Part shown: in pieces, positions 44,510-53,594 of the stretch
How positions within the stretch are numbered: position 1 is the first letter of the stretch
Layout of the letters: every line of letters begins with the position of its first letter
Source of the DNA: Candidatus Eiseniibacteriota bacterium
GTDB lineage: Bacteria; Eisenbacteria; RBG-16-71-46
Assembly: GCA_016178725.1 (NCBI GenBank)
Contig: JACOSV010000084.1
Location: 55,205-119,204, forward strand
Length of the DNA: 64,000 nt
Direction of reading: 5' to 3'
Made by a program: the position numbers and the translations under genes
Notes under the pieces: generated by a model
Databases searched by the model: none
What the model was told of the DNA's origin: nothing
The model's input: only the letters and a program-made list of their open reading frames with translations

Positions 44510-45769
44510 TTATAGCACAGGCGCGCGGGCCGCGTCATACGCCGCAGACGCGGGCCGCGCCCCCTTCGCGCGGACCCGCAGGACTTCCTCGACGTCCTTG
44601 TCGCCGCGACCCGACAGGTTGACGATGACCCGCGTCTCGCGCCCCAGCGCCCGGCCCTCGCGCAGCACCCACGCCAGCGCGTGCGCGGTCTCGAGCGCCG
44701 GCAGGATGCCCTCGAGCTTCGCCAGCGTTTCGAACGCTTCGAGCGCCTCGTCGTCGGTCGCGTGCGCATATTCGGCAAGCCCCTGATCGGCGAGCCAGGC
44801 GTGCTCGGGACCGATTGCCGGGTAATCGAGCCCGGCCGAGACCGAATGGGTCGGGCGGATCATCCCGCGCGCATCCTGGAGGACGAGGGTGCGCGTGCCG
44901 TGCAGCACGCCGACGCTGTGCTCGGGGATGCGCGCCGCGTGGCGGCCGCTCGCGATCCCGAGGCCGCCCGCCTCGACGCCGACCTTGCGCACCGAGGCCG
45001 CATCGAGGAAGGCGTGGAACAGGCCGATGGAGTTGCTGCCGCCGCCGACGCATGCGACCAGGAGGTCGGGCAGCCCGCCGGCCTGGGCGGCGAACTGTCC
45101 GCGCGCCTCGACGCCGATCACGCGGTGGAACTCGCGCACCATGGTCGGGAACGGATGCGGCCCGAGCACCGAGCCGAGCACGTAGTGCGTGTCGCGCACC
45201 CGCGTCACCCAGTCGCGCAGCGCCTCGCTGGTCGCGTCCTTGAGCGTGCGGCTCCCGGCGTTCACCTCGCGCACCTCGGCGCCGAGCAGGCGAATGCGTT
45301 GCACGTTGAGATGCTGGCGCCGCGCGTCCTCGCTGCCGATGTACACGGTGCAGGCGAGGCCGAAACGGGCTGCGGCGGCCGCGGTCGCGACGCCGTGCTG
45401 CCCCGCACCGGTCTCGGCGATCACGCGCGGCTTGCCCATGCGGCGCGCGAGCAGGCACTGCCCGATCGTGTTGTTGATCTTGTGCGCGCCGGTGTGGAGG
45501 AGGTCCTCGCGCTTGAGGAACACACGGCAGCCCGCCGCCTCGGAGTAGCGATGCGCCTCGATCAGCGGCGTCGGCCGGCCGGCGAAGTCGCGGAGCGTCG
45601 CGTCCAGCTCCGCGCGGAACGCCGCGTCGCCCCGCGCGCGCGCGAACTCGGCCTCGAGCTCGTCGAGCGCGTGGATCAGCGTCTCGGGCACGAAGCGGCC
45701 GCCGTAGGGGCCGAAGTGACCCGTGGCGTCGGGCTGGGTCGCGGCGGTCGCGCCGCGCGTCGCGCTCAC
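44510..45769 (-). CDS. trpB: tryptophan synthase beta subunit
   Basis: GTGA overlap with trp[15 protein letters not shown]...[19 protein letters not shown]-lysine motif. Confidence 0.9.
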   Translation of the reverse strand: MSATRGATAATQPDATGHFGPYGGRFVPETLIHALDELEAEFARARGDAAFRAELDATLRDFAGRPTPLIEAHRYSEAAGCRVFLKREDLLHTGAHKINNTIGQCLLARRMGKPRVIAETGAGQHGVATAAAAARFGLACTVYIGSEDARRQHLNVQRIRLLGAEVREVNAGSRTLKDATSEALRDWVTRVRDTHYVLGSVLGPHPFPTMVREFHRVIGVEARGQFAAQAGGLPDLLVACVGGGSNSIGLFHAFLDAASVRKVGVEAGGLGIASGRHAARIPEHSVGVLHGTRTLVLQDARGMIRPTHSVSAGLDYPAIGPEHAWLADQGLAEYAHATDDEALEAFETLAKLEGILPALETAHALAWVLREGRALGRETRVIVNLSGRGDKDVEEVLRVRAKGARPASAAYDAARAPVL

Positions 45770-46416
45770 GAGGCCGCTCGCTGGCGCGCGTCGTGCGCGC
45801 GCACCGCGGCGACGAAGCGGCGCACGCGTTCGTGGTCCTTGATGCCCGGCTCGCGCTCGAGGCGCGACGCGGCGTCGACGCCGAACGGGCGCACGCGCTC
45901 GAGCGCCTCGGCCACGTTCTGATCGTCGAGGCCGCCGGCGAGGATCACCGAGCGCCGCACCGCGAGGGCCGCGGCGCTCTCCCAGGGGAACGTCTCGCCC
46001 GTCCCTCCCGCCTTGGTCTCGTGCGCGCGGTCGAGCATGACGAGGTGCTCGGGCGCGGGCAGCCGGCTCGTGAGCCGCCCGTCGTCCGCGACCGGGACCG
46101 CGAACGTGACCGGCAGCGCGAACTCGCGCGGCCAGTCGGCGGGATCCGCGCGGTGGATCTGGACGCGGCGCGCGCCGATCGCGCGCGCGAGCTCCATCGC
46201 CTCGTCGGGTCCGACGCCCACCATCACCGCCACCGCGACCGCCTCGGGCAGGGCGGCGACGATCGCGGCGGCCGCCGCGGGTTCGATGCGCCGCGGGCTC
46301 TCGCCGCGCACGATGAAGCCGAGCCAGTCGGCGCCGGCGTCGGCGGCGGCGCGCGCGTCTTCGACGCGCGTCAGGCCGCACACCTTGACGATCGTGCGGC
46401 GTCCCGGCTCGTTCAC
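45766..46416 (-). CDS. trpF: phosphoribosylanthranilate isomerase
   Basis: GTGA overlap with trp[14 protein letters not shown]...LAGGL. Confidence 0.8.
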   Translation of the reverse strand: MNEPGRRTIVKVCGLTRVEDARAAADAGADWLGFIVRGESPRRIEPAAAAAIVAALPEAVAVAVMVGVGPDEAMELARAIGARRVQIHRADPADWPREFALPVTFAVPVADDGRLTSRLPAPEHLVMLDRAHETKAGGTGETFPWESAAALAVRRSVILAGGLDDQNVAEALERVRPFGVDAASRLEREPGIKDHERVRRFVAAVRAHDARQRAAS

Positions 46417-47252
46417 GATCGGCTCGCGCCGCGCGCCGCGGCGGCCAGCGTCGCCAGCGTCGCGGCCGGATCGGCCGCGGTCATGAGCGCCTCGCCGATG
46501 AGCACCGCGTCGCAGCGCGTTTCGCGCAGGCGTTCGAGGTCGGCGGGCGTCGACAGCCCGCTCTCCGCCACCGCGGTCACGAGCGGCGGCACGCGCGGGA
46601 CCAGCCGCAGCGACGTCGCGAGATCGACCTCGAACGTGCGCAGGTTGCGGTTGTTGATGCCGATCAGCGTCGCGCCGGCCTTGAGCGCGCGCGGCAGCTC
46701 GTCGTCGTCGTGGATCTCGACCAGGGTGTCGAGCCCGAGGAGACGCGCCTCGGTGATGAGGCGCTGCATCTGGACGTCCGAGAGCAGCGCCGCCAGCAGC
46801 AGCACGCCGTCGGCGCCGCGCGCCGCCGCGTCGAGCAGCTGGTAGGAGTCGATGACGAAGTCCTTGACGAGGAGCGGCAGCGCGACCGCCGCGCGCACGG
46901 GCGCCACCCACGCGAGATCGCCGTGGAAGTGATCGGGCTCGGTGACCAGCGACATCGCGGCCGCGCCACCCGCCGCGTAGATCCGCGCGAACGCGAGCGG
47001 GTCGGCGCCGGCATTGAGCACGCCCCGCGACGGCGAGGCGCGCTTGAACTCGCACAGCAGCTTGAGCGGCAGCGCCGGCCCGCCGGCCCGCGCGCTTCCG
47101 CGACGCAGCGCGCGCTCGAGCCGCCCGGCGGGGCGCGTCGGCGCGAGCGCCGCGCGCAGGGTGTGCCCGGGGACCGCCAGGCGCATCGCCTCGATCCGGC
47201 GGCGGCGGTCGTCGGCGATGCGGGCGAGGAAGTCGGTCGCGGGCTGGGTCAT
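46413..47252 (-). CDS. trpC: indole-3-glycerol-phosphate synthase
   Basis: [15 protein letters not shown]...LLIGEAL TIM-barrel motifs of TrpC. Confidence 0.9.
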   Translation of the reverse strand: MTQPATDFLARIADDRRRRIEAMRLAVPGHTLRAALAPTRPAGRLERALRRGSARAGGPALPLKLLCEFKRASPSRGVLNAGADPLAFARIYAAGGAAAMSLVTEPDHFHGDLAWVAPVRAAVALPLLVKDFVIDSYQLLDAAARGADGVLLLAALLSDVQMQRLITEARLLGLDTLVEIHDDDELPRALKAGATLIGINNRNLRTFEVDLATSLRLVPRVPPLVTAVAESGLSTPADLERLRETRCDAVLIGEALMTAADPAATLATLAAAARGASRS

Positions 47253-47259
47253 GTGCGGC

Positions 47260-47856
47260 TCACAGGGGATCGCTGCGGCGAACGAGCAGGCATCCGGCCA
47301 TCATGTCGTGGAGCGCCTGCTTCTTTTCGGTGAACGCGATCATCACGTAACCGACGAAGAGCAGCAACGCCGAGACGAGCTGGCCGAAGTGGCGGCCGGT
47401 CGCGCGCGCGAACGAGATCCGCCCGCCCGCGAGATCGGTGACGGCGATGCCGAGCGCCTGCTGGCCGAGCGTACCCTGCGCGCGCGAGCTCTCGAACGCG
47501 GCGCTGTAGATCCATGCGATGACGGTGTTGATCGCGAGCGCCTTCCACGTCCGGCCTTCGGTGTAGTCGGGATCCACGACCGAGACGCCCATGACGACGT
47601 TGACGAGCCCGGAGACGATCGCGAACAGCAGACTGTCGACCAGGCAGGCGGCGAGTCGCCTCCAGAATCCCGCGTAGCGCGTCGCCGTCTGCGCGGTCGC
47701 CGGGATCGCGGCGACCGCCCGCAGGGCAGTCGCGGTCATCGCATCGGTCGCGAACGCGCCGGCGACCGCCGCGGCCGCGTTGCGCAACGCCGCACCGCAG
47801 CGGCTGCAGAACGAGGCGCCGGTCGCGGCCTCGGCGCCGCACTGCCAGCAGTACAC
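47260..47856 (-). CDS. RDD-family membrane protein with N-terminal zinc ribbon
   Basis: GGGGGAGG RBS then GTG. CWQCG...CSRCG zinc ribbon. RDD-type TM domain. Inserted between trpD and trpC. Confidence 0.6.
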   Translation of the reverse strand: MYCWQCGAEAATGASFCSRCGAALRNAAAAVAGAFATDAMTATALRAVAAIPATAQTATRYAGFWRRLAACLVDSLLFAIVSGLVNVVMGVSVVDPDYTEGRTWKALAINTVIAWIYSAAFESSRAQGTLGQQALGIAVTDLAGGRISFARATGRHFGQLVSALLLFVGYVMIAFTEKKQALHDMMAGCLLVRRSDPL

Positions 47857-47876
47857 GGTGGCCTCCCCCGGCGCCG

Positions 47877-48926
47877 TCAGGCTCGGAACGCCTGCAGCTC
47901 TTCGAGCTTCGCGCGCGCCGCCCGGCTGTCGATCGCCTCGGCGGCGCGGCGCACGCCCTGTGCGAGATCGGCGGCGACGCCCGCGACCACGAGCGCGGCG
48001 CCGGCGTTGAGCACGACGATGTCGCGCGCGGCGCCCGTCTCGCCGTCGAGCACGGCGCGCACCCGCGCGGCGTTGGCGGGCGCGTCGCCGCCGGCGACGC
48101 CGGCGCGGTCCTGATGGGCGAGCCCGAGCTTCGCGGGATCCACCTCGAATTCGCGCAGCACGCCGTTCGCGAGCTCGGCGACGTGCGAGAGCCCGAACAC
48201 CGAGAGCTCGTCGAGGCCGTCGTGCCCGTGAACGACCCAGGCGCGGTCGCTGCCGAGGCGGTGCAGCACCTCGGCGACCGGGCGCACCATCGTGTCCGAG
48301 AAAACCCCGAGCAGCTGGCGGCTCGCCCCGGCGGGATTCGTGAGCGGGCCGAGCACGTTGAACACCGTGCGCACGCCGATCTCGCGCCGCGGGCCCGCGG
48401 CGTGGCGGAGCGCGGTGTGGTAGTTGGGCGCGAACAGAAACGTGATGCCGAGCACGTCGAGCGAGCGCGCCGCGTCCACCGGGGTGAGATCGATCCGGAC
48501 GCCGAGCGATTCGAGCACGTCGGCGCTGCCGGTGCGGCTCGAGACCGCGCGGTTGCCGTGCTTCGCGACCGCGACACCGCACGAGGCGGTGACGATCGCG
48601 ACCGTGGTCGAGATGTTGAACGTGCCGGCGTTGTCGCCGCCGGTGCCGCAGGTGTCGATGAGCGGACTGCGGCGCGTGCGGATCGGCGGCACGCGCGCGC
48701 GCATCGCCTCGGCCATGCCGGCGATCTCGTCCGGCGTCTCGCCCTTCATGCGCAGGGCCACTGCGAAGGCGCCGATCTGGGCGGGCGTCGCCTCGCCGGC
48801 GAGGATCTGCTCCATCGCCTCGCGGGCCGCCTCCTGTGTCAGGCTCTCGCCCTTCACGGCGCGGGCGATGGCGGTGCGGATCGCGGTCGCGCGCTCGGCG
48901 TCCACGGCGCGGGCGCCGGCGCTCAT
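47877..48926 (-). CDS. trpD: anthranilate phosphoribosyltransferase
   Basis: ...IDTCGTGGDNAGTFNIST... glycosyltransferase family 3 motif. Confidence 0.9.
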   Translation of the reverse strand: MSAGARAVDAERATAIRTAIARAVKGESLTQEAAREAMEQILAGEATPAQIGAFAVALRMKGETPDEIAGMAEAMRARVPPIRTRRSPLIDTCGTGGDNAGTFNISTTVAIVTASCGVAVAKHGNRAVSSRTGSADVLESLGVRIDLTPVDAARSLDVLGITFLFAPNYHTALRHAAGPRREIGVRTVFNVLGPLTNPAGASRQLLGVFSDTMVRPVAEVLHRLGSDRAWVVHGHDGLDELSVFGLSHVAELANGVLREFEVDPAKLGLAHQDRAGVAGGDAPANAARVRAVLDGETGAARDIVVLNAGAALVVAGVAADLAQGVRRAAEAIDSRAARAKLEELQAFRA

Positions 48927-49513
48927 CGCCGTGCTCCCGCCTGCTGGCGGCAGAGGACCAGGAAGTTCTCGATCAGCTGGATGCCGGGACGCGTGAGCAC
49001 CGACTCGGGATGGAACTGGACGCCCCACGTCTCGTGGTCGCGATGCTTGACGCCCATCAGCTCGCCCTCGGGCGTCCACGCCATCACCTCGAGCGTCGCC
49101 GGGAGCTATTCGCGCTCGACGATCAGCGAGTGGTAGCGCGTCGCCTCGAACGGGTTGTCGAGCCCGGCAAACAAACCGCGCCCGCGGTGGAGGATCGGGC
49201 TGGTCTTGCCGTGCATCAGCCGCGCGGCGCGCACGACGCGCCCGCCATAGACCTCGCCGATCGCCTGATGCCCGAGGCACACGCCGAGGATGGGCACCTG
49301 GCCCGAGAGCGCGCGGATCGCGTCCTCGGAGATGCCGGCGTCCTTCGGCTCGCCCGGGCCGGGCGAGATCACGAGCCCGTCGAGCGGACGCGCGGCGAGA
49401 TCGCGCGCGGTTATCGCGTCGTTGCGGTGCACCTCGATCTCGGCGCCGAGCGTCCCCAGGTACTGGACGAGGTTGTACGTGAAGGAATCGTAGTTGTCGA
49501 TTACCGCGATCAT
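48923..49513 (-). pseudogene. trpG: anthranilate synthase component II / glutamine amidotransferase (TrpG/PabA) interrupted by an in-frame TAG at 49106-49108; either disrupted or read through
   Basis: The N-terminal 135 aa ([19 protein letters not shown]...GVCLGHQ...[10 protein letters not shown]) stop at TAG. The same frame continues LPATLEVMAWTPEGELMGVKHRDHETWGVQFHPESVL... (conserved catalytic His/Glu region). It ends in an ATGA overlap with trpD, exactly as a full-length trpG would. Confidence 0.7.
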
Positions 49514-49541
49514 CGCGCCCCGCCCCTCGCGTGCGTCACGT

Positions 49542-51026
49542 TCATGGCTGCCCCTGCTCGGCGCGCTGCACCGCGAGCCACATCGCCCGCCCCTTGTTGA
49601 TCGTCTCCTCCCACTCGCGCTCGGGCTCGGAGTCGGCGACGATGCCCGCGCCCACGCCGCAGTGCGCGTGGCCGTCGGCGTAGACCAGCGTACGGATCGC
49701 GATGCACAGGTCGAGATTGCCGTGGTAGTCGAAGTGCCCGACCGCGCCGGCGTAGACGCCGCGCCGCACCGGCTCGAGGTCCTCGATGATCTCCATCGCG
49801 CGCACCTTGGGCGCGCCCGAGACCGTGCCGGCCGGGAAGCATGCCCGCACGATGTCGAGCGCCTCGAGCCCGGCGCGGCCGCGGCCGCGCACGTTCGAGA
49901 CCAGATGCATCACCTGCGAGTAGCGCTCGACCGTCATGTACTCGTTGGTCTCCACCGTGCCGTACTGGGCCACGCGCCCTACGTCGTTGCGCCCGAGGTC
50001 CACCAGCATCACGTGCTCGGCGCGTTCCTTGTCGTCGGCGCGCAGCTCCTCTTCGAGCGCCGTGTCCTCGTCGCCGTTCCGCCCGCGCGGTCGCGTGCCG
50101 GCGATCGGCCGCACCTCGACCACGCCGTCCGTGCGCCGCACCAGCACTTCGGGCGAGCTGCCGACCAGCGAGAACGCTCCGAGCCGGAGAAAGTACATGT
50201 ACGGGGACGGATTGGTCACGCGCAGCGCTCGGTAGGCTTCGAACGCCGGCTGCTCGACCTTCGCGCTCATCCGGTGGCTCAACACCACCTGGAAGATGTC
50301 GCCGGCGCGGATGTGCTCCTTGGCGGTCTCGACCGCGCGGCAGTAGCCCTCGCGCGTCGTCGTGGACGACGGCTCGGGCGCGCGGCCGCCCGAATGCGGC
50401 TCCTCCCACGGCAGCGGCCGGCGCAGGCGCACGACCTCGGCCTCGATGCGCTTCACCGCCGCCGCGTAGGCCGCGTCGGGGTCGCTCCCTGGCCCGGCGT
50501 TGCCGGGCGCCCTCGCGTGCGTCACGACCTTGAGCGTATGGGCGAGGTTGTCGAACACGCTCACGACGTCGCCGAACATGAACACCGCGTCCGGGAGTCG
50601 CTGATCGTCGCGCGTCCGTGACGGCAGCCGCTCGAACCAGCGCACCGAGTCGTAGCCGAAGTAGCCGACCGCGCCGCCGCAGGCGCGCGGCAGTCCCGGG
50701 AGCGGCACGGCCTGATGCGTGCGGAGGAGCGTGCCCAGCTCGTCGAGCGGGTGGCCGGGGAGCGGCGTCACGCGATCGCCCTCGTGCAGCTCGCAGCGGT
50801 CGCCGCGGGCGATGAACACGCGTGAGGGGCGGCTGCCGAGGATCGAGTAGCGGCCCCACTTCTCGCCGCCCTCGACGCTCTCGAGCAGGAACGCGTACGG
50901 GCCTTCGTCCACCTTGCGAAACGCCGAGACCGGCGTGTCGAGGTCGGCGAACACCTCGCGATAGATGGGCACCAGCTTCCCGCCCTTCGCGAGCGCGCGG
51001 AACTCGGCGAGCGTCGGGACGATCAT
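49542..51026 (-). CDS. trpE: anthranilate synthase component I
   Basis: Chorismate-binding signature ...GAVGYFGYD... and C-terminal ...[11 protein letters not shown]. Confidence 0.9.
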   Translation of the reverse strand: MIVPTLAEFRALAKGGKLVPIYREVFADLDTPVSAFRKVDEGPYAFLLESVEGGEKWGRYSILGSRPSRVFIARGDRCELHEGDRVTPLPGHPLDELGTLLRTHQAVPLPGLPRACGGAVGYFGYDSVRWFERLPSRTRDDQRLPDAVFMFGDVVSVFDNLAHTLKVVTHARAPGNAGPGSDPDAAYAAAVKRIEAEVVRLRRPLPWEEPHSGGRAPEPSSTTTREGYCRAVETAKEHIRAGDIFQVVLSHRMSAKVEQPAFEAYRALRVTNPSPYMYFLRLGAFSLVGSSPEVLVRRTDGVVEVRPIAGTRPRGRNGDEDTALEEELRADDKERAEHVMLVDLGRNDVGRVAQYGTVETNEYMTVERYSQVMHLVSNVRGRGRAGLEALDIVRACFPAGTVSGAPKVRAMEIIEDLEPVRRGVYAGAVGHFDYHGNLDLCIAIRTLVYADGHAHCGVGAGIVADSEPEREWEETINKGRAMWLAVQRAEQGQP

Positions 51027-52711
51027 GGCCGCGCCGCGGCGTCGAGCAGCTCGCGCGCCTGCCGGCGCGTCGTCGGGCTCGCCTGGTCCCCCGCCAGCAT
51101 GCGCGCCAGCTCGGCGATGCGCGCTTCGCCCGCGACCGAATCGACCCGGGCGGCGGTGCGGCCCGAGGCGACGTGCTTGGTCACGACCAGATGATGGGAG
51201 GCGAGCGCCGCGATCATGGGAAGGTGGGTCACACAGACGATCTGGCGGTGCCTGGAGAGCCGCCGGAGACGCTCCCCGACCGCCTGTGCCACCGCGCCGC
51301 CGATCCCCGAATCTACTTCGTCGAAGATCAGAAGGTCAACGCGGTCCTGCCCTTGAAGCACGCTCTTCAAGCCCAGCATGACCCGCGACAGCTCGCCTCC
51401 CGAGGCGATCTTCGCGAGCGGCCGGAGCGGCTCGCCGGGATTCGCACCGAACAGCAGCTCGACCCGGTCGAATCCGTGCGGACCGAAGCGACCCGCTTCG
51501 CCTTCGGCCGACTCGACGCTGAACTCGATGCGCGCGTGATCGAGGCCGAGCGGCTTGAGCTCGCGCGTCACGCGCCGTCCCCACTCCTCGGCCGCCGCGG
51601 CGCGCTTGCGCGACAGCCCACGGCCGGCCGTCGTCATCGTCTTCGCCGCCGCGGCGACGCGCTCTCGCGCACGCTCGAGCGCGCCGGTCGCGTCCTCGCC
51701 CGTCGCCAGCTCCTCGCCGATCTGCACCTGCCACGCGAGCAGCTCCGGCACTGGGCGGCGGTACTTGCGCGTGAGTCGTGCGATGAGATCCCGCCGCGCC
51801 TCGATCCGCTCGAGCGCCGCGGGATCCGCCTCGAGACCGTCGAGGTAGCGGGCCAGCGATCGGGCCGTTTCCTCGGCCGCGATCCGCGCCTCGCGCAGCG
51901 GCGGCAGCAGGTCGCCGAGGCCGGGATCGAGTGAGGCCGCCTGATCGAGCGCGCGTTCGGCGGCCGCGAGCTGATCGCCCGCCGCGGGATCGTCCTCGCC
52001 GAGCCGCGCAAGCGCCAGGCCCGCGAGCTCGCGCAGGCGGTCGGCGTGCGCGAGTCGGGCCGCGTCGCGCGCGAGATCCTCCTCCTCGCCGGCGACCAGC
52101 GTCGCCTCGTCCAGCTCGCGCGCGGCATGGCGCAGGTAGTCGCTGCGCTCGGCGAACGTGGCGAGCGAGACTTCGAGGCGCTCGAGATCGGCGCCCGCCT
52201 CGCGCCACGCCGCGAGCGTCTCGGCGAAGCGCGTGCGATCACCGTCGAGGGACGCGAGGCGATCGAGCGTCAGCAGCCCAGCCTCGGGCTTGAGCAGACT
52301 CTGGTGCTCGTGCTGGCCGTGGAGATCGGCGAGCGCCTCGCCGAGGCGCTTGAGCGCCGCGAGCGTCACCGGCGACTGGTTGACCGATGCGCGGCTCCGG
52401 CCCGCGCCCGTCACCTCGCGGCGCACGATCACCGTCTCGCCGTCGAACTCGAGGCCCCATTCGGCGAAGAGCGTGCCGACGCGCCGCGCCGATTCGCCTT
52501 CGAGACGAAACTCGCCTTCGACGATGGCCGCATCGGCGCCGTGGCGCACCGCGTCGCCGTCCGCCTTCTCGCCGACCAGCAGGCTCGCCGCCTGCACGAG
52601 CAGCGACTTGCCGGCGCCGGTCTCGCCGGTCAGCGTGTTGAGGCCGGGCGCGAACGGGATCTCGGCGCGCTCGATCACCGAGAGATCGCGGATGGTCAGG
52701 CGCTCGAGCAC
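51023..52711 (-). CDS. recN: DNA repair protein RecN
   Basis: GGAGGAG RBS then GTG, whose first base is the last base of the nadK TAG. LERLTIRDLSVIERAEIPF...TGETGAGKS Walker A. SMC-like coiled coil. C-terminal ...LIFDEVDSGIGG. Confidence 0.85.
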   Translation of the reverse strand: MLERLTIRDLSVIERAEIPFAPGLNTLTGETGAGKSLLVQAASLLVGEKADGDAVRHGADAAIVEGEFRLEGESARRVGTLFAEWGLEFDGETVIVRREVTGAGRSRASVNQSPVTLAALKRLGEALADLHGQHEHQSLLKPEAGLLTLDRLASLDGDRTRFAETLAAWREAGADLERLEVSLATFAERSDYLRHAARELDEATLVAGEEEDLARDAARLAHADRLRELAGLALARLGEDDPAAGDQLAAAERALDQAASLDPGLGDLLPPLREARIAAEETARSLARYLDGLEADPAALERIEARRDLIARLTRKYRRPVPELLAWQVQIGEELATGEDATGALERARERVAAAAKTMTTAGRGLSRKRAAAAEEWGRRVTRELKPLGLDHARIEFSVESAEGEAGRFGPHGFDRVELLFGANPGEPLRPLAKIASGGELSRVMLGLKSVLQGQDRVDLLIFDEVDSGIGGAVAQAVGERLRRLSRHRQIVCVTHLPMIAALASHHLVVTKHVASGRTAARVDSVAGEARIAELARMLAGDQASPTTRRQARELLDAAARP

Positions 52712-53586
52712 TAGAGACTCCTCCGCTCGCTCCCCTGCCAGCCGAGCTTCCGCTGGAGCGAGCGCCCGAACGGCCGCCCGGGATTCCGCACCAGCCGCAC
52801 CGTCGTGCGCGAGAGCGAGACCTGGACCTCGTCGCCGCGCTCGAGGTCCACGGTCTCCTGCCCGTCGAACAGCAGCATCGCGCGATCGAACGCGCCGAGC
52901 AGCCGCAGGCGCACGCCGCCGCGCGGCGAGATCACCAGCGGGCGGCTGCCGAGCGTGTGGGCGCACACTGGCGTCACGACGAACGCCTCGACGTCGGGCG
53001 CGAGCACCGGGCCGCCGGCCGAGAGCGAGTAGGCGGTCGAGCCGGAGGCCGTCGCGCAGATCACGCCGTCGGCGACGAGATGCCCCACGTCCGTGCCGAG
53101 GACGCTCATGCGCAGGTGGAGCGCCGAGTAGCCGCCGGCCGTCTTGAGCACCGCGTCGTTCATCGCGAGCCCGCTGGCCGCGATCCGGCCGCGGCGGCGC
53201 ACGACCGCGCGCACCAGCCGCCGCGGCACGATCGGCCACGCGCCGGCGAGTGCCGCGCGCACGGCGTCGTCGAGCTCGGGCTCGTCGGCCACGGTGAGGA
53301 ATCCGAGGCCGCCGAGGTTGATCGCGAGCAGCGCGCCGGGTCGGCCGGCCATCGCGCGGGCGCCGCGCAGCGCGGTGCCGTCGCCGCCGAGCGTGATCAG
53401 GAGCTGGGCCCAGCGCGCGAGCCCGGCGAGCGGCATGCCGCCCTTCCCCATCTCGCCCGCGAGGTCGCTCGCGAGCCGCGCCGTGCGCCCGCCGCGCGCG
53501 AGGCGCGTGACGAGCCGTGCCGCGGCGCGCTGCACGCCGGCGCGCTCGGTGTGGCCGAGGATGCCGATGCGGCGCGGCACCGCCAT
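52711..53586 (-). CDS. nadK: NAD(+) kinase
   Basis: GGDGT motif (ITLGGDGTAL). NE/DALKTAGGYS conserved region. Confidence 0.85.
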   Translation of the reverse strand: MAVPRRIGILGHTERAGVQRAAARLVTRLARGGRTARLASDLAGEMGKGGMPLAGLARWAQLLITLGGDGTALRGARAMAGRPGALLAINLGGLGFLTVADEPELDDAVRAALAGAWPIVPRRLVRAVVRRRGRIAASGLAMNDAVLKTAGGYSALHLRMSVLGTDVGHLVADGVICATASGSTAYSLSAGGPVLAPDVEAFVVTPVCAHTLGSRPLVISPRGGVRLRLLGAFDRAMLLFDGQETVDLERGDEVQVSLSRTTVRLVRNPGRPFGRSLQRKLGWQGSERRSL

Positions 53587-53594
53587 GGCGGCGC

